Shown in pieces: positions 25,426-37,100 of a DNA stretch of 64,000 bases. Each line of letters begins with the position of its first letter. Positions within the stretch are counted from its first letter, which is position 1. Made by a program: the position numbers and the translations under genes. Source of the DNA: Octopus bimaculoides (Eukaryota); contig NC_068985.1 of assembly GCF_001194135.2 (NCBI RefSeq), positions 33,713,029 to 33,777,028 of the forward strand. The letters are read 5' to 3'. Under the pieces are notes generated by a model. That model did no database searches, was not told the origin of the DNA, and was given only the letters and a program-made list of their open reading frames with translations.

Positions 25426-27314
25426 TTAATGTCCGGCTTCCATACTGGCATGAGTTGAGTGGTTTAACAGAAACTGACAAGTCAGTTTCTGTTAAACCAC
25501 TCAAGAATCCAGTACATGCTCTGATGTCTACTTTGGCATGGTTTCTATTGTTGGATGTTCTTCCTAACACCATTCACATTACAGAATGTACTGGATTCTT
25601 TTTTGCAGTACTAGAATCTCTGATGATTGCCTCAAGGCTAAGCACTTAAGGTGGCTCCTATAATTGAAGGAGAGTGAGCGATGTTTGTAGATGGAGGAAC
25701 AAGGGACATTAAGTAAGAGAAAAGGATGGGAGGAACAGAGGTGAGTGAAAGGATTAATGACAGGTGTTATTGAGAAAAAGGGATGGATAGAGTTGAAAGC
25801 TGATAGGAGAGTTGTGTAAGGGATTATAAGGGAAAAGTATGGGCAGAAGATGGAGGAGGGAAAGGATAAAAAGAGAGCAATAGACTAGGGTGAAGAGAAT
25901 CCTGAGAGTCATTGAAGAAAAGAGAGGTGTAGAGGATTGTAGTGGTATGCCAGACCAGATGAAGAAAGATGAGAAGTGATGTAGAGAAAGCAGGGAAGCA
26001 GTGGGGGAGAGGGCACTGAGAGAAAAAGAGGCAGAGGATGAAGAGTAGGAAGGAGACACTGCAGGGTACCATGGGGGTAAGAGGAAGAGGAAGAGCATGT
26101 TGTGAAAGCATCGTAGATGGGGAGGTAGTGAAAAGGGGGGAGTGAGAGACATAGGGAAAACAGTGGGTGGGTGCAGCAAGAGAATGAAAGGCTAAGAGAA
26201 TCTGAGAGGTAGGAAAATGAGTAATGAGAAGTTGGGTTGCAACAGAGGTAACTTGGGCAATAATGAGCCATAAATGATGAATAGATGGTATTCATGTAAG
26301 ACGATGGGATTGTAAGATGGGCTTGGTGGAAAGCAGTATGACACCCATGCCAGTGGCATGTAAAAGCACCCATTACACTCTCAGAGTGGTTGGTGTTAGG
26401 AAGGGCATCCAGCCATAGAAAACCATGCCAAATCAGACTGGAGTCTGGTGCAGCCTTCCAGCTTACCAGCCCTGGTCAAACTGTCCAACCCATGCCAGCA
26501 TGGACAATGGACAAGTACCTTGGACAAGTGTTTAATAAATTAGCCCAGAGTCAGCTAAAACCATCATATATCATCATCATCATTTAATGTCCGTTTTTCA
26601 TGTTGGCATGGGTTAGATTGTTTGGCAAGAATTGGCAACCCAGAGGGTTGTGCTGAGCTCTTTGTCCTATATTGACAAGGTTTCTATGGCTGGATGCCCT
26701 TCCCACAACCAACCATTTTACAGAGTGTACCAGGTACTTTTTTTGGTGGCATCAGCACTGATGGGGGTCACCAAGTAACTTGTGAGACAAGACAAAATCC
26801 TCTCAACTAGGGGGAGTAGTACTGAAGGAGATGGTTTTTGGTGGATGGTTAAAAGAAGAACAGAGAGACAGAAATAGGTGCCTTGCTGTCGAAGAGATAC
26901 AAGGATACCTCCAGTTGGAGAGATTTAGAGAGAAAGATAGAGCAAGAGAGAATGAGAGAGATGGTAGTGTATATGTGTCAGGACATACCCTCATGGTACA
27001 GTGTGGGATAAATATCAGCATAGTGACACAGAGCATTGAACTAGGTGAGTGGGCAGGGAGCAGAGGGAGAAGTTTCATAAGACTGTAAGAAGAGATGGCA
27101 TAGAAGTGACTGTAGTAATTCAAGGTGAGAGATACATAAGAGTGGCTCAGGGGAAGAGGTTATGTTAGGTATGTGAAGGCATTGGGAGTGATACTAGTTA
27201 AAAGAGATGTTAAAGATGGAGTAAAGTAGAGAGGAGAGGAGAAAGCATGACTGGATAATGAGGAATGGAAGTGATTCTGGGGTGAGGGAGGAAGGAGATA
27301 TATACATACATACA

Positions 27315-28406
27315 GTCAAAATGCTTAGCGTCATTTAACCTGCCTTTACATTCTGAGTTCAAATTCTGCCAAAGTCAACTTTGCCTTCTATCCTTTCGGG
27401 GTGAATAATATAAGTATCAGTGATGTCAATGTAATCAACTAACCTTTTCCCCAATATCTGAGGCCTTGTGTCTATAGTAGAAAGGATAATAAAGCAGGAA
27501 GCTAGCAAAATCATTAGCATACTAGGCAAACTGCTTAGCAGCATTTCATCTATCTCTACACTCTGAGTTCAGATTGTGCCGAAGTCAACTGTGCTTTTCA
27601 TCCTTTTGGGATTGATAAAATAATTACCAGTTGAATGCTGCAGTCAATGGAATTGACTTTCCCCCCTCCTCCAAACTTGCTGGCCTTGTGCCAAATTTGA
27701 AACCATAACTATTATTATTATTATTAAGTAGTGAAGTGGTAGAATTGTTAGGACATTGGGCAAAATGCTTGGCAGCATTTCTTCTGGCTCTTTATATTCC
27801 AAGTTCAACCATTGCCAAGATCAACTTTGCCTTTCATCTTTTCATGGATGATAAAATAAGCACCAGTTGAGCACTCGGGTTGATGTAATTGACTAGCTCC
27901 GCCCACCAATTTCAGGCCTAGTGCCTATAGTAAAGAAGATTTTTGTTATTATTAGTGCTATTAGCACAGCAGGATGATACAATCATTAGTGTCCCAGACA
28001 AAATGCTTAGTGGCATTTCACCCATCTTTATGCTCTGAGTTCAAATTCCACCAAGGTCAACTTTGCTTTCATCCTTTCAGGGTTAATGAGTACCAGTTGA
28101 ACACTGGGCTCAATGTAATTAACTTAGTCCCTCCTTTACACTGCTGGCCTCATGCCAAACATTAGATAGAATCATTATTATCATTATCATTAAGGTGGTG
28201 AGCTGGGAGAATTGTTAGCATGCTGGACAAAATGCTTAGTGGTATTTCACCTGTCACTATGTTCTGAGCTCAAATTCCACCGGGGTCGACTTTTTGCCTT
28301 TCATCCTTTTGAGGTTGATTAAATAAGTACCAGTTATGCACTGGAGTCAATGTAATCGGCTTAATCCCTCCCCCAAATTTGAGGCCTTGTGCTTCCAGTA
28401 GAAAGG

Positions 28407-28495
<89 letters not shown>

Positions 28496-28718
28496 GGCAG
28501 CAAGCTGGCAGAATCATTAACACACCAGGCAAAATGCTTAGTGGCATTTTGTCTGTCTTTACATTCTGGGTCAAATTCTGCCGAGGTTGACTTTGCCGTT
28601 TATCTTTTGGGAGTCGATAAATTAAGTGCCAGTGAAACACTGAGGTCAATGTAATTGACTAGTCCCCTCCCCCAAAATTTCAGGCCTTGTGCCTTCAGTA
28701 GAAAGGATTATTATTATG

Positions 28719-28769
<51 letters not shown>

Positions 28770-28770
28770 T
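27315..28770 (+). mobile_element. Head-to-tail array of six tRNA-derived SINE family B copies, each ending in an A/T-rich, mostly (ATT)n, tail
   Basis: Units start at about 27315 (truncated), 27491, 27726, 27965, 28193 and 28494; each has GCTGGCAGAATC-like A-box, AAATGCTTAG, GAGTTCAAATTC B-box and GGCCTTGTGCC 3' end. Confidence 0.9.
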
Positions 28771-28799
28771 AAATTAAAATGCATACTTGAATTTTATTT

Positions 28800-29215
28800 G
28801 ATTTGAGACTTATCTTTTACTTGCTGGGGCACTGCCTTTAAGGATTTAGCTGAACAAATCGACCCAGTCCTTATTTTATAAGTCTAGTACTTATTTTATC
28901 AGCCTCTTTTGCTGAACTATTAAGCTAGAGTGATGAAAACACACCAACACTAGTTGTCAAGCAGTGGGGGATGGCAGCAAACACAAACACAAAGACACAC
29001 ATAGGCATGCACACATGCATGCAGGCACACACACATACATAATGCATGCAATGGGCTTCCACACAGTTTCTGTCTACCAAATTCACCCACAATGCATTGG
29101 TTGGCTTGGGGCTCTTGTAGAAGACATTTGGGCCAGGATTCCACACAGTGGGACTAAACCTTAAACCACATGACTGCAAAGCAAGCATCCTAACCACACA
29201 ACCATGCCTGCAATG
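28800..29215 (-). mobile_element. SINE family A copy
   Basis: Reverse complement colinear with 39722-40135. Confidence 0.75.
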
Positions 29216-29359
29216 AAAATTGTTTATAATTCTAAAACCATTTTGAAAAATCTTTGGAAACCAGAGTGTCAGGAGGTGAAACATTAATAGTATCAAGATC
29301 ATTCTTGTAATGTGTGGAAATCAGAGTGCTCGGCAGAAAACTACTCATCTAAATATTGA

Positions 29360-29550
29360 TTTCAAATTTTGGCACAAATCCAGGAATTTGGAGGAAGAGG
29401 TAAATCAATTACATCGACTCCGATTTTATCAACCCTAAAAGGATGAAAGGTAAAGTCAACCTCAGTGGAATTTGAACTCAGAATGTAAAGACGGATGAAA
29501 TGCCACCTAGCATTTTGCCCAGCATGTTCATGATTCTGCCAGCTCACCAC
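29360..29550 (-). mobile_element. SINE family B copy
   Basis: Reverse complement of the array unit (GAATTTGAACTCAGAA, CATTTTGCCC). Confidence 0.8.
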
Positions 29551-29794
29551 CTTCACTCATCTAAATATTGAAACTGCAATAAATGCAGTGATAAATAAAT
29601 TTGATTCAGGGTTGAGATGAGTTTCAACTCTATATGATATTAGATCTGTATTTAGAATAACCTTGGCAGTTCTGAACATTTTCATGTCACCACCTCAAAA
29701 TATTAAATATTTTTAGTTTTACCAAAAGGTATATAAATACAGAAGTTGTGTGGGTTTCCAAGACTTGAGCTTTCAATATAAAACTGGCCATTAA

Positions 29795-30364
29795 CCCTTT
29801 AGCATTCAGATTACTCTATCAACTGTAATGCTTATTCATTTGCATTGTCTGGAATTGATCATGCATTATCTTACAGCTTTGTGATTTTGATGATGTGTTA
29901 TGCCTACAATATACTGTGTGGAGGTGCAATGGCCCAGTAGTTAGGGCAGTGGACTTGTTGTTGTGGGATCGTGGTTTCAATTCCCAGACTGGGCGTTGTG
30001 AGTGTTTACTGAGCAAAAACATCTAAAGCTCCATGAGGCACTCTTTCTTCCTATTTCTGTTGTACCTGTATTTCAAAGAGCCAGCCTTATCACACACCGT
30101 GTCATACTGAATCTCCCCGAGAACTACGCTAAGGGTACACATGTCTGTGGTGTGCTCAGCCACTTATACGTTAATTTCATGAGCAGGCTGTTCCATTGAT
30201 CAGATCAACTGGAACCCTTGTTGTCGTAACCAATGGAATGCCATGACAATGCACTGTCATTTTTAGAATGGCTTTTTAGGGTAAGTGTAAGGTGCTGGAT
30301 CTGGCCAGTTTGGACATAAAACAGAATATTTGGACTGGAAATAGTTAGTTTAAACGTTAAAGGG
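29795..30364. mobile_element. piggyBac-like MITE with a family D SINE (29920-30243, +) nested inside
   Basis: TTAA|CCCTTTAGC ... GTTAAAGGG|TTAA termini; internal SINE with A-box TGGCCCAGTAGTTAG and B-box GGTTTCAATTCC. Confidence 0.7.
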
Positions 30365-30645
30365 TTAATCAAAATATTATTTCTCAAGAAGCAGTCCATC
30401 AACTGGCAATATTTACCAGAGGAATATATTGACTGACATGGAAAAAGTTTAGGCTCTCTAGAAACCTAAGTGTTCTGATTTAAAAGAGCACACAAGTTGG
30501 TATGAGTGTAATTATGGGTATCATTGTATCCTATTCTTTATCTCCGGGGAAATTAGTAGTCTTGATGACATGTGATGTAAGTTTCCTAACCTTTCACTAC
30601 ATATCATTGCCTAGCCACAGCTGATTTAAATTAAACAGCTGTCAT

Positions 30646-30709
<64 letters not shown>

Positions 30710-31060
30710 ATACTCACACACACACACACACATCGTATGCATATGTGCATGTGTGTTATGCATATGTACTTCTTAACAGCACAGCCATCCAACATACATA
30801 CAACATATATATATATATATAAATAAATATATTTATTATTCTTGTACAAGAGTGTTGCTGACAGTAATTTTGAAGCTTCACCAGCTAAGCGATTGTAGGA
30901 CTGCAGTCCAATGACAGCTTGGCTGGCTGAAACTTTAACATAACTGTCAACAATATTCTTGTATAAGAACAATAAATTTGTGTTCCATAAAAGTATAGAG
31001 AAACACATCGCATAAATGTCAAAGTTTGCTTATTATTGCTAAATATAAGAACAAACATTA

Positions 31061-31095
<35 letters not shown>

Positions 31096-31438
31096 ATATG
31101 AGGAGTTTGGGTCAAGATGGCTCAAGCATATAGTTATGCATTCTGAGTGCTTAAATAGGTGTGCCACCAAAATTCCAGTTAGAACAGTGGTTGAAGTTGT
31201 GGTTGTGTGAATAGCTGTTTTTTTTACTGACNNNNNNNNNNNNNNNNNNNNNNNNNNNNNNNNNNNNNNNNNNNNNNNNNNNNNNNNNNNNNNNNNNNNN
31301 NNNNNNNNNNNNNNNNNNNNNNNNNNNNNNNNNNNNNNNNNNNNNNNNNNNNNNNNNNNNNNNNNNNNNNNNNNNNNNNNNNNNNNNNNNNNNNNNNNNN
31401 NNNNNNNNNNNNNNNNNNNNNNNNNNNNNNNNNNNNNN

Positions 31439-31473
<35 letters not shown>

Positions 31474-32045
31474 GGAAAATAAGAAAATGGAGATAAATCA
31501 AATAATAAGTATATTTATTAACTGCAAAAATAAACATAATTTCTTACAGCTGAGTCATTTCATACTTTAAAGATTATAATTATGATAATTAAATCATTTT
31601 ATAAAGCAGAATCTCATCAGAGGCATATGTTGTATGTATGTCAGATAACTGTGCTGTTAAGAAGTTCACTTCCCAATCAAGTCATTTCAGGTTCAATCCC
31701 TCAGTGATATACCTTGGGTTGGTGACTGTCCTCGTATAATTACTGTTATCAGCAGCAGTAGCTGTGTAATTTAGGGCTGCACTAGCCATGTAAATATGGC
31801 ACGCAACAACCATAACTCTTACAGCAGGCACGTTTTTTTTATCTTACTGCAAAGACTGCATTATGTCCTTAGACAAGGCCCTTCACACAACTTGTCAAAC
31901 AGCTTCATGCCAGCAGAAAATATTATTCATTATTATAATTATTATTAAGATGACGAGCTGGCAGAATTGTTAAAGAGATGTTACAGTATGACTGACAGCT
32001 TGGGGAGGGGAAGTAGTGAAATATCTTCATGTAATACAACACAGA

Positions 32046-32090
<45 letters not shown>

Positions 32091-32106
32091 TATACACATG
32101 ACAGAT

Positions 32107-32390
32107 TAGACTGTTGGAAAAGAAAAATTCCTAACATTGGGCAACAACAAGTAACCTTAGATGCCAAGAGCCCTCCTAAGTATCCTAGCTGTTCCTAATA
32201 ACACTGTTTTCTGTAGCTGTACTAAACTGGGTTCTACGCTTATTTCCTCTTTCCATCAGAGATAAAACCCAGTTTAGTAAAGCTCCAGAAAAACAATGTT
32301 ATTAGAGACAGCTAGGATACTTAGGTGGCTTCTTGGCATTTAAGGTTACTTGTTGCTCAATGTTAGGAATTTTCCTTTTCCAACAGTCTA
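32107..32390. mobile_element. Fold-back made of two inverted 3' termini of an R4/Dong-type RLE LINE
   Basis: Arms 32107-32236 and 32263-32390 are reverse complements; they translate outward as EPSLVQLQKTVLLGTARILRRALGI* and (with one indel) KPSLVKLQKTMLLETARILRWLLGI*. Confidence 0.8.
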
Positions 32391-32962
32391 TTATTATTAT
32401 TTTAAAATAAAATATGGTCTGTTGTCTTCTGCTGAACTGGGGTCATCCCTTGACCCTAGGGTCACAGCAGGTCTTCATCTCATGGAGAGTACACGGCGTA
32501 AAATGTGTGCAGAGCCTAGCAACACTATTTTCTGAAGTCCTGCCACATTAACACTGCAAGAGAGTCTGTTGAGCTGCTTATCAAGGCCCTTTTTAATTAG
32601 CCCTAATACTCCAATCACCACTGGTGCTGTGCTGCTTTTCATTCCCCACATCTTGGTCACTCCTATTTCTAGGTCTTTGTACTTAAATAACTTCTCAACT
32701 TCTTTAATGGACACATTTCTCTCTGATGGTACTATTACATTTATCATTAAGCATTTCTTATTCTTCCCATCTTTGATGATTATGTCCAGCCTGTTTACCT
32801 TGATTTCTTTATCGGTGTTGATTAGCATGCCCCAGAGTACTGTTACATCATCTTTTCCAGTCACAGTTTCAGGTTTATGCTGGTACCACCTTTCTGAAGT
32901 TGGAAGCTAGTAGTGTTTACATATCTTCCAATGGATATATTGTGCTACTCTATCATGTCTAT
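32391..32962 (-). mobile_element. 5'-truncated R4/Dong-like LINE (RLE domain), subfamily 1
   Basis: YRHDRVAQYIHWKIC...LWGMLINTDKEIKVNRLDIIIKD...VIVPSE..V..KEVEKLFKYKDL...LQKIVLLGSAHILRRVL; flanked by (TAA)n. Confidence 0.85.
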
Positions 32963-32963
32963 A

Positions 32964-33004
<41 letters not shown>

Positions 33005-33006
<2 letters not shown>

Positions 33007-33613
33007 GTTGTTTTATTTTTATAACGTGTTTTCACTTCACTACCGAGTGCAGCTCTGTGTGCCTTGGGTATGTGCTGTGGTTTGCTGTGATGCTCTTATG
33101 GTTACTGTATTGAAAGTGTTTTGCTTAGGATGTGTGCTGTGCCCCGTAGTGCAATTTTCTGTATGTCTTATATATTTGTAAGTCCTGGTGTTTTTGTTAT
33201 GTATTTGTCTGAATATTTTTTTTATTATACCAAAGGCACCTACTATGATAGGAATTGTTTCTGTTTTTAGATTCCACATTTGAGTTACCTCTATTTCCAG
33301 GCCTTTGTATTTTGAAAGTTTCTCCATTTCTTTTAGGGAAACGTTGTCATCTGCTGGTATTGATACATCAATTAAAAAGCATTTTTTTCCTTCATGATCT
33401 TTGACAACTATATCTGGTATATTGGCCTTAATTTTTCTATCTGTGTGTATTGGCATATCCCAGAGTATGGTTGCTTTCTCGTTTTCTGTGACCTTTTCTG
33501 GCGTGTGTTTATATCATCTTTTTTCTGTTGTTATTCCATAGTGTTGGCATAGCTTCCAGTGTATATAGGTCCCAGCTCTGTCGTGTCTGTGAATATATTC
33601 CTTCTTATATTCC

Positions 33614-33615
<2 letters not shown>
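33005..33615 (-). mobile_element. 5'-truncated R4/Dong-like LINE (RLE domain), subfamily 2
   Basis: EYIHRHDRAGTYIHWKLCQHYG...LWDMPIHTDRKIKANIPDIVVKD...LIDVSIP...EKLSKYKGL (PD-D-K endonuclease); (TAA)n at both ends. Confidence 0.9.
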
Positions 33616-33668
<53 letters not shown>

Positions 33669-33681
33669 CACTATTATTATT

Positions 33682-33920
33682 AAGACAGTGACTTAGAATC
33701 AGCAATACTTTGGGAAAAATGCTTAGTGGCATTTCTTCCAGTTCTTTATGTACTGAGCTCAAATTCTGATGAGTTAAACTTTGTCTTTCATCCTTTCAGG
33801 ATCAATAAGATAAAGTACCAATCAAGTACTGAGTTTGCTGTAATCAACTTGCCTCCTCCTACCAAAATGTCAGGCCTTGTGCCTATAGCAGAATGTATTA
33901 TCATTATTATTATTATATGA
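33682..33920 (+). mobile_element. SINE family B copy in an (ATT)n tract (another at about 34180-34390)
   Basis: AAATGCTTAGTGGCATTT...GAGCTCAAATTC...GGCCTTGTGCCTATAG...ATT tail. Confidence 0.75.
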
Positions 33921-34057
33921 TGAAAATTCACAGCTTATTTTGCTGGGTATGATGAAATGTGTCATCAGCTGTCCACAACCAGCAGACTAAGGTGACACTT
34001 GTTTACTGGTCATGCTTGAAGAACCCTGCAAAGAATTCTTGCAGTTCCAAAAAATCA

Positions 34058-34116
<59 letters not shown>

Positions 34117-37100
34117 GTTTTTGCTGTTGTTGTTGTTGTTGTTATTAATGCAGTAGTGGTGGTTGTGGTGGATTGGTAGAATCATTACAGCATCAGATAA
34201 AATATTTGTTGTATGTATTCCAGCTCTTTACATAGAGATCAAATCCCACTGTGGTCAAATTTGCCTTTTGTTCTTCTGGCATTAATAAAATAAAGTACCA
34301 GTCAAGTACTGGGATCAGTTTAATCAACTAACTCACTCCCCACTCCACAAATTTCAGGCCCTGTGCCTTAGACACAATTATTGTTACCATCATTACCATT
34401 ATAATAATCATTTCATCACATCAAAAATTTTCTCATTTTTTGTTTTTGTCCATCCATCATTTTGTGTATAAAAGAAAAAAAAAAAGAAAGAAACTAGAAT
34501 TGCTAAAATCATTTTTTGGTGAGAAGCTGTATTAATACACGTTTTTTTCATCTGAGAAACACTTTCTCCAGGTATTCTAGTAATGATCTGTTCTTATCAT
34601 TCATGAAAAATTGCTCAATTTTGAATGTAATAATTTTAGTGGCTTTTGGTAAAGTAATGCTATGTAAGTTTAGTTTTAATTTCGTTGTCAACTATTGCTA
34701 CTTATATCTATTATCAAGATTGGTACTCATTTTGAAAACAAAATATTCTGCTGTAAAAAAGAATCGTCCACATTTTCCTTTTACTCAACAGGTTTTTTGA
34801 TTTCTTTCCAACATTTTTTTCACTATTGTTGATTCCTGATGGAACAAAATTTTTAAAATACTATTTTTTTTCCAAGGGTATATAAACTACCAATTGTAAA
34901 TATGCAATGGCAACATTTTTTTTTTACTTGCCTCAAAAATTGCTTTCATGATATGGAACTCTCTGCTCAGTTCTACAACCTCAATCTACTAGAAATTTAA
35001 TGTAAGTGATCAGATATTGAATGACAATTCATCAATAAATGTGTATATTTCATGTTTGTTAGCCTAAGAAAGAGGATAATATGTAACCTTGTTAGATTCT
35101 TCTGAACTGGAATTTAGAATTTTCCATCTCTCTACAATCACAATCTGACATCAATTATACAAATTTCAAAAGTTATATCAGTTGCTTCAGCTTAAAGGGT
35201 GCATTCTTTATCTATATAATGGTGAAACTTCACTGCTTAAAAATTATGCATTTTATAAAGCAAGAAAGCAAAAATTAGTGTAAAGTATTTAGAGTTGAAT
35301 TATGATGTTTCTAAACAAATTTTTCCCTCACAATTCTTCAAACGTATTTAAAATCTGAAAAATTTCTGAATAACTTTTAGTTAGTAAACATTTCAAATAT
35401 GTTTAGGACATGTTTGACCTGTACAAAGGTTATATTCACTGCTATTTGTCTTTGAGAACATTTCTTGTTTTAAGCATTGGGTGTTGCAAAACACCAACAG
35501 TCATTTCAAGGCACTCTCTAGTGGAATTGGTGAAAGCATTTATAGTACCATGTACTGCATGAGAGAAACGGCCCTGAAATGGCTTTGGAAACATTTGTTT
35601 CCTTATAGTAAACCAGCATCAATATTTTAAAGTAATATTTTGATTCTGTGAGTGGGAGTTCTGGTAGCATTTATTATTGCAATAACAAATTATTTTCTTT
35701 TACATTACAATGTGTTTCCAGTCAATCAATTATTTTTGTCTCATATATCAAGGATATGTAATGATATGTATTACTTTGTTAAAATTTTATTAGGTTTTGC
35801 ATTATCTCTTCAAATATAAAGAGTTACTTGAGAATATTGTCATTATTTTTCAGAGATTTCATTAAACTCTACTCCTATGTTTAAGGATAACAAATTTTGA
35901 AACCTCCTCAAAGGAGATAGAATAGTTGAATAAGAGAAACACTAAAGCACTAAGCTAAATGCCCTCCAGCATTTAGTCTTGTCTTCTGTACTCAGAGATA
36001 AAATTGTACCAGAGTTGACTTCAACTCTTATCCTTCTACATTCAGTAAAATGAATGCCAAACATGTTTTTAAAATGATACAATTAACTAAAAATGACTCT
36101 CAAAATTGCTGACCATGTGACAATACAACAAATGTCACAAATTAAGGTAAAAAAAAAACATCCAAAGTTTATAATTCTAAGAATATCTATTTTCTGAAAT
36201 TTCTCATCTACTTAATTATATTCAAAACAAATTTTTTTCTATAGCTACTTGATCACTAAAAACAAAATGAAACTTAATTTTTTAAAATTTATTCACATTC
36301 ACTACTATTATCTATTTCTTTAACTTTGATGTACCTGACCTTAAAGTGATTTATTTTCTCTTATTTAATGCTGAGATAAAATAATTCAACATAACTCTCA
36401 TTTAGGGAAACATAAACTTAGGTTTATTGATATTTTCTTCTTGTTTTTCAAATTGTCTTGCATTATATTAGGTCTGCTATTTGTAAAATGCAATATGTTC
36501 ATATGCCAAATTAAGAAACAATTCTAGTCATTCACTAAAACCAATATTAATGATCAGAAATGAAATAAAATAAGAAATATGGTTTATGTTTAATAATTAT
36601 AAAATAACAAGATGATCCATGACTGTTACTGGAGTACTTATTATTAAGTCACCATTTATTATATAATGTTTACATTAGCATCTTGATTTGTCCCCTGTTA
36701 AAATTAGCATTTAGTGAAATTAATTTCTTCCCTCTTTTTACATATATATGGCTCAAAATAAGGAATGGCTATAACTGAAACATACAGCTAAGTATGTATA
36801 TGTACTCCATCACTGGGTACAAATATATACTTTGTTCTTAGCTGTTATTTGTTGCATGGTGCTAGGTCAACCCAGATCAAGAAACTCTATTTTTTTATTT
36901 ATTTTATATCACAGTTTGTGAACGCTGGCATTGTTGGTTACAGTTTTTCAATGGTCTGGTTCACTGCATCTCTAATAGCAAGAGAGTCAAGGGAAAGTCT
37001 GTAACTTGGTGGATTTTGTTGGAAGAGTACCACCTTTTTTGACAATCTTTTAGCAATATACAGAGAAAGAAAGAAATATACATAAAAATAGAACAAGTTT

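Noticed and set aside
25650-27300. ORFs of 95-154 aa over purine-rich tracts (similar tracts at 7.5-8.3, 58.3-58.6 and 60.55-60.9 kb)
   Set aside because: Low-complexity GA/CT-biased sequence associated with repeat tails; no domain motifs or splice support.
27315-28770. CRISPR-like or satellite array
   Set aside because: Units are about 230-bp diverged SINEs found dispersed elsewhere; there is no repeat-spacer structure and the context is eukaryotic.
27315-33920. SINE family B as the non-autonomous partner of the R4/Dong-like LINEs
   Set aside because: Both favour the same microsatellite, but the SINE sense tail is (ATT)n while the LINE sense tail is (TAA)n, and I see no shared 3' sequence.
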